From Gemmatimonadales bacterium (GTDB taxonomy: Bacteria; Gemmatimonadota; Gemmatimonadetes; Gemmatimonadales; GWC2-71-9), in the NCBI GenBank assembly GCA_011772755.1, contig WVYX01000291.1, forward strand, positions 27,365 through 91,364: 64,000 nt of DNA, given 5' to 3'. Made by a program: the position numbers and the translations under genes. The notes beneath the pieces were generated by a model that ran no database searches, was not told the origin of the DNA, and worked only from the letters and a program-made list of their open reading frames with translations. Positions 55,335 through 63,572 of this stretch are shown here, piece by piece (the first letter of the stretch is position 1; every line of letters begins with the position of its first letter).

Positions 55335-56482
55335 GCCGGCTGGTGCTCCCCGGACCTGAGAGCCTGCCCGTCATGGCGGAGGACCGCGATCTGAGGGGCA
55401 GCCCCGACCGCCGCATGGGCGAGGGCGGCGTCAACGATATGGGAGACCAGGTCGTCGTAAGACCAGCCGAAGGCGCGTGCCATGTTGACCAGGCCGGCGT
55501 CGCTGGAGATGTCTGGACTCGGGTTGACCTCGAGGACCCAAGGCTGTCCGTCGGGATCGACGCGCATGTCCACGCGGCCATATCCGCGCCCGTGGACAGT
55601 ACGCCACGCCGCTCTGGCCACGTGGCGCAGGCTTTCCTCCAACGGCGCGGTGACCTTCGCAGGACAAACCGGCAGCGTGCCGACGTATTCATCGCAGCCG
55701 GGTTTCCACTTGGCGTCGAACGAGACGATCGGCCAGGCACCGTCGGGCATCGCGCCGAAGTCGATCTCCGATAGGGGCAGGATGTGGTCGCCCACGAATG
55801 CGACCGCGAGTTCACGGCCGTGGATGTACTCCTGGACCATGATCCCGCCATAGGACCGCGCCATCGAGGCCACCCGCTCCTCGAGCTCAGCGCGCGTCGT
55901 CGCGACGGACGCCTGCTCGATACCGACGCTGGCGTCTTCCTCTGCCGGCTTGACGATGGCGGGAAGGGGGAACGTCTCGGGCACCGTTTGATCGTGGGGC
56001 ACGTGCCAGCGCGGGATCGGAAGGCCGGCGGCCTGAAGCACGGCGTTGAGCAGCGGCTTCCGGTGGCAGACGGTCATCGTCCATGCCGAGCAGCCGGTGT
56101 ATGGCTTGCCGGCGAGTTCGATAGCTGAGGCGACCTTGTACTCCAGGTGACTGATGCCGCCGATGCCCTCGCAGAGGTTGAAGATGAGGTCCGCACCCCG
56201 GATGGCGTCGAACCATGCCAGGTCCGGCAGCACCCCGACCTGCTCGACGTCGTGACCGGCCGCGACAAGGGCGCGGCTAACCTCGGTCACGGGCTCGAGC
56301 ACCGACTGGATGTCCTCTGCGCTCCAGTCGTCGGCTCCGCCGTCGTAGATCACGGCGATTCTCAGCTGACCGCTCCAGCCAGGGTTGTCTTCAGCTCTTT
56401 GCCGGTCTGCCGGCGCCACGCGATCCGGGTGACCGTCTGGATCAGCTCGTCGTACGTCATGCCCGCCGCAGTTGCTGCGCAT
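55331..56482 (-). CDS. D-Ala-D-Ala-ligase-like ATP-grasp enzyme (second copy)
   Basis: LRIAVIYDGG N-terminal Rossmann-like strand, then KP...SVGI, MVQEYIHGRE and RVDMRVD...VLEVNPSPD. The true start is ambiguous (ATG 56482, GTG 56419, or near 56363) and in every case overlaps the upstream gene's end. Confidence 0.8.
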   Translation of the reverse strand: MRSNCGGHDVRRADPDGHPDRVAPADRQRAEDNPGWSGQLRIAVIYDGGADDWSAEDIQSVLEPVTEVSRALVAAGHDVEQVGVLPDLAWFDAIRGADLIFNLCEGIGGISHLEYKVASAIELAGKPYTGCSAWTMTVCHRKPLLNAVLQAAGLPIPRWHVPHDQTVPETFPLPAIVKPAEEDASVGIEQASVATTRAELEERVASMARSYGGIMVQEYIHGRELAVAFVGDHILPLSEIDFGAMPDGAWPIVSFDAKWKPGCDEYVGTLPVCPAKVTAPLEESLRHVARAAWRTVHGRGYGRVDMRVDPDGQPWVLEVNPSPDISSDAGLVNMARAFGWSYDDLVSHIVDAALAHAAVGAAPQIAVLRHDGQALRSGEHQPA

Positions 56483-57447
56483 GGAAAGCAGCTGTGCGCC
56501 ACGGGATCCGGCATGAGGCCGGGAAGCGGATTGACCTCCAGCACGTGGGGAATGCCTGCGGCGTCGAGCCGGAGGTCGACCCGAGCCCAGTCGCGACAGC
56601 CCAACACGTGATACGCAGCGAGCGCGGTCTCACGCAGCGACGCCGTGAGCCCTGCCGACACTTGGGCCGGACACTCGAGCACCTCGAAGTCGGCGTCCGG
56701 CTGATCCCACAGCCATTTGGCTTCGTACCCCATGATCGGGAGTGCGCCATCCGGAAGGACGCCGAAGCGGAAACGGATGATCGGCAGGGCGTCGGCATCG
56801 GCACCGTTGCCCAGTATCGCTGCCGTGAACTCCTCACCGGCGAGGTAGGTCTCGGCAAGCACCGGCTGCTCGTAGGTCGCCAGCAGGTGTCTGACGCGCT
56901 CGCGGGCTTCGTCCGGGGTCGTTACGTGGCTGGCTTCTGCTATTCCTTTAGAAGAGCCTTCCCACACCGGCTTGAGGAACAGCGGATAGCTCGCGACCTG
57001 GTCGAGCGCCGGTAGGTCAGCTTCGGATTCGATCAGCACCGATGGCGGGGTCGGCACGCCCCGCTGCGCGAATATCTCCTTGGCGCGGCCCTTGTGGAGC
57101 GCGAGGGCGAGCGTGAGCGGATCGCTCCCGAGGTAGGGGATGCCAAGGAACTCCGCGATGGCCGGCACGTGCGATTCGCGGCTCGCTCCGCTCGTGCCTT
57201 CGGCCATGTTGAACAGGAAATCAACTTCCGCGTCACGCAGGCGCTGGGGGAAGCCATTGACGGCTTCCAGGAATACGACCTCGCCGAAGACGCGAAGTGC
57301 GTCTCCCACGGCGGCGATCGTTTCTGGCTCGTCCCATTCGACGAACGCGTCGACAGGACGAGGAGGCTCGTGGGAGGGACGAGGATCAGCATCGCCATCG
57401 TCTGCGACACCGTCCGGTCGTTGATTGAAAGCGAGCCCTATGCGCAA
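56362..57447 (-). CDS. D-Ala-D-Ala-ligase-like ATP-grasp enzyme (first copy)
   Basis: TTG start 5 nt after GGAG. MRIGLAFNQ followed by an acidic/Pro-rich insert. FLKPVWEGSSKGI, AETYLAGEEF and RVDLRLD...VLEVNPLPG. Confidence 0.8.
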   Translation of the reverse strand: MRIGLAFNQRPDGVADDGDADPRPSHEPPRPVDAFVEWDEPETIAAVGDALRVFGEVVFLEAVNGFPQRLRDAEVDFLFNMAEGTSGASRESHVPAIAEFLGIPYLGSDPLTLALALHKGRAKEIFAQRGVPTPPSVLIESEADLPALDQVASYPLFLKPVWEGSSKGIAEASHVTTPDEARERVRHLLATYEQPVLAETYLAGEEFTAAILGNGADADALPIIRFRFGVLPDGALPIMGYEAKWLWDQPDADFEVLECPAQVSAGLTASLRETALAAYHVLGCRDWARVDLRLDAAGIPHVLEVNPLPGLMPDPVAHSCFPCAATAAGMTYDELIQTVTRIAWRRQTGKELKTTLAGAVS

Positions 57448-57617
57448 TCGAACTCCAATCGGAGTTTCTGTTGCGGCACACGATAAAAAATGATGGCGAG
57501 ATGCGCAATACTCTTTTTGTGATTTCCTGCCGCGAGTTTTCGGAGCGATACCCGCACGACCGCGTGTTCGATGCGGTCAACGGTGCGTTGTGACAGGTAT
57601 CGGAGGAAGGGAAAGAG

Positions 57618-58091
57618 CTATTTGGCGCTTGATCTTCGCAGGTAGAGTCGGAAGCTGTACGAGTGAGGATTGCGGTCGTCGGCCGGATGGTGGAGGTCAT
57701 CCTCGAGACGCCAGGCTTCCATATCCAGATGGGGAAAGAACGTGTCGCCGTCGACGACTGCGTGCACCACCGTGAGGTAGATGCGATCCGCGCGCGGCAG
57801 AGCGAGTTGGTAGATCTCTGCCCCGCCCGCCACGAACACCTCGTCCTCGCCCGCCACGCGATCCAGGGCTTCGTCGAGGCTGTGGACGACCTCGACCCGC
57901 TCTGGTCGGTAAGTCCTGTCGCGGGTCAATACGAGGTTTCGGCGGTTCGGCAGTGGCTTGTCCAGCGAGTCGTATGTCTTGCGACCCATGATCACGGCGT
58001 GGCCTGTGGTGAGTTGCTTGAACCGCTGCATGTCGGCAGGCAGGCGCCAGGGCAGGGCGTTGTCACGGCCGATCACGCGATTCTCGGCCAT
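57618..58091 (-). CDS. folA: dihydrofolate reductase
   Basis: MAENRVIGRDNALPWRLPADMQRFKQLTTGHAVIMGRKTYDS is the classical DHFR pattern. The expected first beta-strand (LIVSLIAA) lies upstream of ATG 58091, so translation may start at a non-canonical codon near 58115 overlapping the thyA stop. Confidence 0.85.
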   Translation of the reverse strand: MAENRVIGRDNALPWRLPADMQRFKQLTTGHAVIMGRKTYDSLDKPLPNRRNLVLTRDRTYRPERVEVVHSLDEALDRVAGEDEVFVAGGAEIYQLALPRADRIYLTVVHAVVDGDTFFPHLDMEAWRLEDDLHHPADDRNPHSYSFRLYLRRSSAK

Positions 58092-58111
58092 GGCGGCGAT
58101 GAGCGAGACGA

Positions 58112-58906
58112 TCAGACTGCCACCTTGGCCGCGATGTGGGGGTGGGGATCGTAGCCGTGTAGGGCGAAGTCCTCGAACTTGAAATCGAAGATCGATTCGA
58201 CCTGCGGGTTGAGCTGCATCGTCGGTAGCGCCCGGGGCTCCCGAGCGAGCTGCAGCTTTGCCTGCTCCAAGTGGTTGTTGTAGAGGTGGGCGTCGCCAAA
58301 AGTGTGGATGAACTCCCCCGGTTCCAGCCCGGTGACCCGGGCGACCATCATCGTCAGCAGCGCGTACGACGCGATGTTGAACGGTACGCCGAGGAAGACG
58401 TCGGCGCTCCGCTGGTAGAGCTGGCACGACAGCCGACCATCGGCGACGTAGAACTGGAACAGCACGTGGCACGGCGGCAGCGCCATCTTCTCCAGCTCAC
58501 CCACATTCCAGGCGCACACCATGAGCCGGCGAGAGTCTGGATCAGTGCCAATCTGTTGCACGACCCGCGAGATCTGATCGATGCTTCGACCACCCGCCGT
58601 GGGCCAAGAACGCCACTGGGCGCCATAGATCGGTCCCAGGTCTCCCCGCTCGTCCGCCCACTCGTCCCAAATGGTCACCCGATGTTCGTTGAGATACCGG
58701 ACGTTGGTATCGCCCTGGAGGAACCACAGTAATTCGTAGATGATCGACCTCAGATGAAGCTTCTTCGTGGTGATCAAGGGGAAACCGTCGCCGAGGTCGA
58801 AACGCATCTGATATCCGAAAATGGAGAGGGTGCCCGTGCCAGTCCGATCGCGCTTGGGAGCACCGTGATCCAGGATGTGCTGCATGAGGTCGAGATACTG
58901 TTTCAT
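58112..58906 (-). CDS. thyA: thymidylate synthase
   Basis: [31 protein letters not shown] and active-site [13 protein letters not shown]. 264 aa. Confidence 0.95.
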   Translation of the reverse strand: MKQYLDLMQHILDHGAPKRDRTGTGTLSIFGYQMRFDLGDGFPLITTKKLHLRSIIYELLWFLQGDTNVRYLNEHRVTIWDEWADERGDLGPIYGAQWRSWPTAGGRSIDQISRVVQQIGTDPDSRRLMVCAWNVGELEKMALPPCHVLFQFYVADGRLSCQLYQRSADVFLGVPFNIASYALLTMMVARVTGLEPGEFIHTFGDAHLYNNHLEQAKLQLAREPRALPTMQLNPQVESIFDFKFEDFALHGYDPHPHIAAKVAV

Positions 58907-58984
58907 GCGACTAGGCGGACGTAGGGTACAGGGTCAAGGCTGATGGCTGGCGGCTGCAGGCTGAAAGGCTCGTCCCATACCCTA

Positions 58985-60661
58985 CTATTGCGCCTTCCCT
59001 TCAGCAAGCAACTCCAGCTTGGAAGCGCCCCAGCCACCGGTGTGCTCCATCTTTCGAAGTCCCCGAGCGACGTCGGCGGGAATGGCGGCCGCGCGAGACC
59101 CGACCTTGAGATTCGCGATGGGGACAGTCAGGGAGTCCGGGATGACCACCCCGGGATTCATGATGCCCGCCGGATCAAACACGCGCTTCACGAGCCGGAA
59201 AAGCTCCATGATCTCGGATCCGTACACGTGCTCCAGCACGGCGGCGCGCAGCCGCCCGTCGCCGTGCTCTCCGCTCGGGGTTCCGCCCAGCCGAGTGACG
59301 AGCTGGGTCACGTCCCAGAACAGCCGCAGAAGGCGCTCTTCGAATTCGGGCACCGTGGTGTCGACCACCGCGTTGACGTGCAGGTGTCCGTCGCCGGCGT
59401 GCCCGAAGGCCGCGATGTCGATGCCGGCATCCTGTGCGGCGGCACGCACGCCCGACAGGTATTCCCCGAGATGTGGGACCGGCACGCACCCGTCTTCAAT
59501 GATCTGCAGCGAGCGTCGGTTATCGGGCAGGGTGGCGAGGGCAGGACTGGCAGCGTGTCGTAACGCCCACAGCCGGGCGTGCTCCTCATCGCTCAACGCG
59601 CTCTCGGCATAGGAGCAAACATCCGAGGTCAGCCTCACCGCCTCGTCCACAGCCGCCTCGGCGGCCTGGACACTGGACCGCTCGAAGTCGACCAGCAGGA
59701 CGGCGGCCTTCTCCTGGAGCAACGGAAACGCCCCGCTGCTGGTCAGCGCGAGAAATGACTGGTCGAGTAGCTCAACGGCTGCTGGATCGAGCGTCAGCAG
59801 GCGATGGGCCACTTCGCCGAGGCCGGCGAGGTCGTCCACCGCGAGTAGCAGGCCCGCGACGGCCGGTGGGCGGGCTTCGAGAGTCAGCTCGACTCGGGTG
59901 ATCACGCCGAGGGTGCCTTCCGATCCGATGACGAGGTCGACCAGATCACCGGAGTGGAGATATGCGTCGAGGGCATAGCCCGAGGAGTTCTTGCGGGTGG
60001 CGGGGAAGCGCCGGCGGATGGTGGATTCGCTTCGCACGATCTTCCGATGGGCCTGCTGGCTGAAGCGCTGTTCGATCGGCCCACCCTTCGCCGGGAATGA
60101 CGCGTCCTGGGACTCGCTGGCCTCCAGTGCAGTGGTATCACGGCGTGCTAGCTGTACCACCTCGCCGTCGCTGGTGACGAGGTCGAGGCTGCGGACCCAT
60201 GGCCGAATGGAGCCAGCTCGCACGCTGCGAGCACCGGCCGCGTTGGTGGCCACCATCCCACCGATTGTGCAGAAGGTCCCGCTTGCAGGATTCGGTGCCA
60301 GCCGCAGCCCCAGCGGTTCGGCCTTGCTGTCCAGCGCGCCCCAGGTCACCGCGGCACCGACTTCGGCCGTCTCATCAGGGGAGATGCGGAGCGGCGAGTC
60401 CAACTCTTGGAGGTCGAGGATGATGCCCTGCCCCACATTGCCCCCTGCCATGCCGCTGCCTGCTCCCCGGGGTACCAGAGGCCAGCCGCGCTCCGCACTG
60501 AACCGCACGAGGCGCACCACGTCTTCGCAGTCGGCGGGAATCGCTACGGCGCTCGGCAGGATGCGGTAGGGGCCGGCACCCTCGCTGTAGGCGGCGCGGG
60601 CTGAGCGTTCGGTGAGGAATCGACCGCGGAATCCCTCAGGCGGGGTCAATCGGCTTCGCAT
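58985..60661 (-). CDS. FAD-linked oxidase (GlcD / D-lactate dehydrogenase / AGPS superfamily)
   Basis: PCMH-type FAD domain (VPRGAGSGMAGG, GTFCTIGGMVATNAAG) and C-terminal FAD-oxidase_C (GEHGDGRLR). Confidence 0.85.
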   Translation of the reverse strand: MRSRLTPPEGFRGRFLTERSARAAYSEGAGPYRILPSAVAIPADCEDVVRLVRFSAERGWPLVPRGAGSGMAGGNVGQGIILDLQELDSPLRISPDETAEVGAAVTWGALDSKAEPLGLRLAPNPASGTFCTIGGMVATNAAGARSVRAGSIRPWVRSLDLVTSDGEVVQLARRDTTALEASESQDASFPAKGGPIEQRFSQQAHRKIVRSESTIRRRFPATRKNSSGYALDAYLHSGDLVDLVIGSEGTLGVITRVELTLEARPPAVAGLLLAVDDLAGLGEVAHRLLTLDPAAVELLDQSFLALTSSGAFPLLQEKAAVLLVDFERSSVQAAEAAVDEAVRLTSDVCSYAESALSDEEHARLWALRHAASPALATLPDNRRSLQIIEDGCVPVPHLGEYLSGVRAAAQDAGIDIAAFGHAGDGHLHVNAVVDTTVPEFEERLLRLFWDVTQLVTRLGGTPSGEHGDGRLRAAVLEHVYGSEIMELFRLVKRVFDPAGIMNPGVVIPDSLTVPIANLKVGSRAAAIPADVARGLRKMEHTGGWGASKLELLAEGKAQ

Positions 60662-60694
60662 CGTCGTGCGGTCGCGGCGGGGGTGGGCCGTACG

Positions 60695-61777
60695 CTAGGA
60701 AGGTGTCGCTACCGGCGCTGGCGGGCGACGGCGCCACCAGGCATCTCCAGCCAGCCTCCGGAAATAGGTTCGCACTAGCGTGTTGCTGGGTGCGACGAAC
60801 CGGGTCATGGCGAGCGTCCGGTACACATCTCCCCGGGTGATCTTGACCTTGTGGTGAGGGTCTAGCAGGCGCTTGTCGCGCTCAGCGAGGCGCAGCGTTC
60901 GTACGGCGAAGTAGAGCGACGCCAGGCAGAAGCGGCGGATGCCGTACTGGGTGCGGGACAGGGTCGTAGAATAGTCGAGGGCGTCCAGTAGGTGGGTCTT
61001 GGTCTTGTCGATCAGCGCCAGCATGACCCGCCGACCCTCCTCGCGGTGGCGCTCGTCTTGGAGGTCCTCTGGGCAAATGCCGACGACTTGACAGAGCTGC
61101 CGCGGGACAAAGCTCCACCCCCGGCGGCGATCGTCGGCGACGTCCTTGATGATGTTGGTGAGTTGCAGGCCTCGCCCAAAGCTCGTCGCCAACGATTTGA
61201 GTCGTGCGTAGCGACGAGCACCTCCCGATCTGCCGTGCAGGTGGAACAGATCGGTTAGGAGATGTCCTACGGTACCGGCGACGTAGTAGCAGTAACGGTC
61301 GAGCTCATCGATCGTCGCCAGCGCCTCGAGGCCCTTGCCACCGGCGTCGTCCCTGCGCCTGGAGAACTCCGCCATTCCGGCGCTCATCTCCTTGACCCAT
61401 GGCCGGACGGCGTCCTGCTGGGCAGCGGGGAGTTGGCGAAACTCCCGCAGGATCGTGTCTGCCTCACGAGCCAGCAGCTCGTGATCGGAGCTGGGCTCAG
61501 CGAAAGCGGTCTGGAGCGGTTCGGCATCCGGCCCGCCAGCATCGAGGCATCGGCTGAAGTGCTGCAACAGGTGGTCCTTCTGTCCTGCGGCGAGCTCGAT
61601 CGAGTCCTCGATCGTGTCGGCGATGCGGCACAGGAGGTATGCGACCAACACTGAATAGTCGAGGGGCGCCGGAAGAAGGCGGATGCATATAGCGAACGTG
61701 CGGGAAACCCTGGGCAACATCTCGACGCAGAGAGCCCGATCTGCGGCACTCGACGGCGCCACCATTGTGCCCGTCAT
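60695..61777 (-). CDS. squalene/phytoene synthase family protein (squalene-synthase-like)
   Basis: Start at ATG 61777, which shares ATGA with the upstream stop. SRTFAICIRLLP, first Asp-rich motif RIADTIED, YCYYVAGTVG, and second Asp-rich motif IKDVADD. Confidence 0.8.
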   Translation of the reverse strand: MTGTMVAPSSAADRALCVEMLPRVSRTFAICIRLLPAPLDYSVLVAYLLCRIADTIEDSIELAAGQKDHLLQHFSRCLDAGGPDAEPLQTAFAEPSSDHELLAREADTILREFRQLPAAQQDAVRPWVKEMSAGMAEFSRRRDDAGGKGLEALATIDELDRYCYYVAGTVGHLLTDLFHLHGRSGGARRYARLKSLATSFGRGLQLTNIIKDVADDRRRGWSFVPRQLCQVVGICPEDLQDERHREEGRRVMLALIDKTKTHLLDALDYSTTLSRTQYGIRRFCLASLYFAVRTLRLAERDKRLLDPHHKVKITRGDVYRTLAMTRFVAPSNTLVRTYFRRLAGDAWWRRRPPAPVATPS

Positions 61778-63021
61778 CGCTGATGAGCCGCCGGACGTGC
61801 CTTCCACGGAATCCACCGCGGCGCTAGTAGCCGCCATGAAAACAGGGTGCGCGGATCGACAGTCTCGTTCAGCACTCCAGCCGCGGCGCGCCGGAGCGCC
61901 GGGTTTCGGCGTACCCGACGTGCAACGAAGTCGTTGACCCACGCCTTCGACAGCCAGTTTGCCGCGACCCGATAGCCGACGTAGCGGGGCGCGAGCTCAT
62001 CTCGAAGTACCCGAGGAAAGGTCGCGAGGGACCCAAGGTCGCCGCCTTTCAGCGCGCGTGTGATGTGGAGCGCAGCGAGTTCGCCGGTTTCCATCGCTTT
62101 GCCGATGCCCTCCCCTGTGAACGGAAACGTAGTACCGATCGTCTCGCCAATGGAGAGGATGTGGGCTCCATCATAGGATGCCTCCCGGTCCAGTCCACAC
62201 CGGAGTCGTGCCCCCTGAAGCCGGCTCACGGACTCCGCCGCGTCGAGCAGCTGGCGGGCCGGCGGGAACCCCTGGGTGAACGCGCTGAACGCGGCCCGTA
62301 GGTTCACTCTATTCGGCCACGTGCCTTGGTAGAAAGCCCCGCAGCCCACGTTGTACTCGTTGTTTCCGAGCGGAAAGATCCATGCATACCCCGGAATGAT
62401 CGATCGATGGAACGAGATGATGAGCTCATCAATCGTCAGTGGCGAGCGTACGTAGCAGCGGAGCGCCACCGCGCTTGGTTGCCGCTGGCGGATCATCCCC
62501 AGGCGGCTTGCCAGCGATATGTCGGCCCCCGTGGCCAGGACGCCGACGCGGGCGCGAACGCGGCACTCCGAGCCCACGAAGGCTGCGCTGATGCAGTCGG
62601 GCTCCGGACGCAGGCTCGCGACCTCGGCGACTCGAAACACAGCACCGCTCGCCACCGCCGCCTCTTGAAGGAGCTGGTCTAGACGGCGCCGCCGGATGGT
62701 GACGAACTCCCCTGGGACGTCAACGCGGATATCCGATGAGCTGAAGGCCGCCAGGATCTCAGCGGCGTAGCCGTGTGAGCGAATCCGACGGTAGAGCCCC
62801 GCTCGGCGGAGGGCTTGCAAGGCGTCGGAAATGAGCGCATCGCCGCAGACCTTGTCCCGAGGGAAGTGCTGCTTGTCCACCAGGAGCACCGTGTGGCCGT
62901 GCCCGGCGATGCAGCGGGCGGCCGTCGAACCAGCGGGGCCCGCGCCGACCACGACGGCATCCCATACGCGGTCCGCAACCTGGTGGAGGTTGGGCTCTGG
63001 CGGTTGCGGGCCGTCGATCAT
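61774..63021 (-). CDS. geranylgeranyl-reductase-family FAD-dependent oxidoreductase
   Basis: Start at ATG 63021, which shares ATGA with the upstream stop. WDAVVVGAGPAGSTAA...LLVDK...KVCGDAL is the typical GGR-family N-terminus. Confidence 0.8.
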   Translation of the reverse strand: MIDGPQPPEPNLHQVADRVWDAVVVGAGPAGSTAARCIAGHGHTVLLVDKQHFPRDKVCGDALISDALQALRRAGLYRRIRSHGYAAEILAAFSSSDIRVDVPGEFVTIRRRRLDQLLQEAAVASGAVFRVAEVASLRPEPDCISAAFVGSECRVRARVGVLATGADISLASRLGMIRQRQPSAVALRCYVRSPLTIDELIISFHRSIIPGYAWIFPLGNNEYNVGCGAFYQGTWPNRVNLRAAFSAFTQGFPPARQLLDAAESVSRLQGARLRCGLDREASYDGAHILSIGETIGTTFPFTGEGIGKAMETGELAALHITRALKGGDLGSLATFPRVLRDELAPRYVGYRVAANWLSKAWVNDFVARRVRRNPALRRAAAGVLNETVDPRTLFSWRLLAPRWIPWKARPAAHQR

Positions 63022-63572
63022 GAAGAGGGCCTTCCGAAGCGCGTGGTCACGGCATCCAGAATCCGACGCAGGATCTGATCGCCGGGGTGCCCTGGCGGCA
63101 CCATCATTTCCACTTCTCGCGGGGGGACCGACGGATCCAGGGTACGGCGTGAGACAGCCTCCGCCACGAGCTGCGTCTCGTTTTCTCCGACGGGATCGGC
63201 GAAGAAACGAAAGCGGACCGCCCGTTCCGGATCGCGGGCGTAGGCGCCGCCCGGTTGGCGCGCGACCACGTCGTACCAATCGGTTTCCAAATATCCCTCC
63301 TCCGGACTCGACCAGCGGAGTCTCAGCCCTTCCACCGCGACGAGGGCGGCTATCTCCCTGATGAGGGTGGCAGGATCCGCCGCCAGCGTGTCAGTCGGCG
63401 CGTCCGGGAGCGGGGTGAGGTACGGCCGTATACTGCCTGCGCCACATGCCGCTGTGGCCAGGACGGCTGCCACCCAGACGGCCCATGACCAAAGTTGCCG
63501 CGTGCGCGATACGACTTCGCTACTACTACTCGTGTTCGTGCTCCGGAGTGCCCGGCGGGTCCGTGTGGTCAT
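63018..63572 (-). CDS. hypothetical lipoprotein
   Basis: ATG 63572 is the only plausible start upstream of the signal/lipobox WAVWVAAVLATAACG. It overlaps the 3' end of the next gene by 47 nt. No recognisable family. Confidence 0.5.
   Translation of the reverse strand: MTTRTRRALRSTNTSSSSEVVSRTRQLWSWAVWVAAVLATAACGAGSIRPYLTPLPDAPTDTLAADPATLIREIAALVAVEGLRLRWSSPEEGYLETDWYDVVARQPGGAYARDPERAVRFRFFADPVGENETQLVAEAVSRRTLDPSVPPREVEMMVPPGHPGDQILRRILDAVTTRFGRPSS

Noticed and set aside
58921-58985. 8-12-bp inverted repeat GTAGGGTA...TACCCTAC between the FAD oxidase stop and thyA start
   Set aside because: The arms are about 50 nt apart with no supporting inner structure or U-tract. It may be a weak terminator, but I cannot support a specific call.
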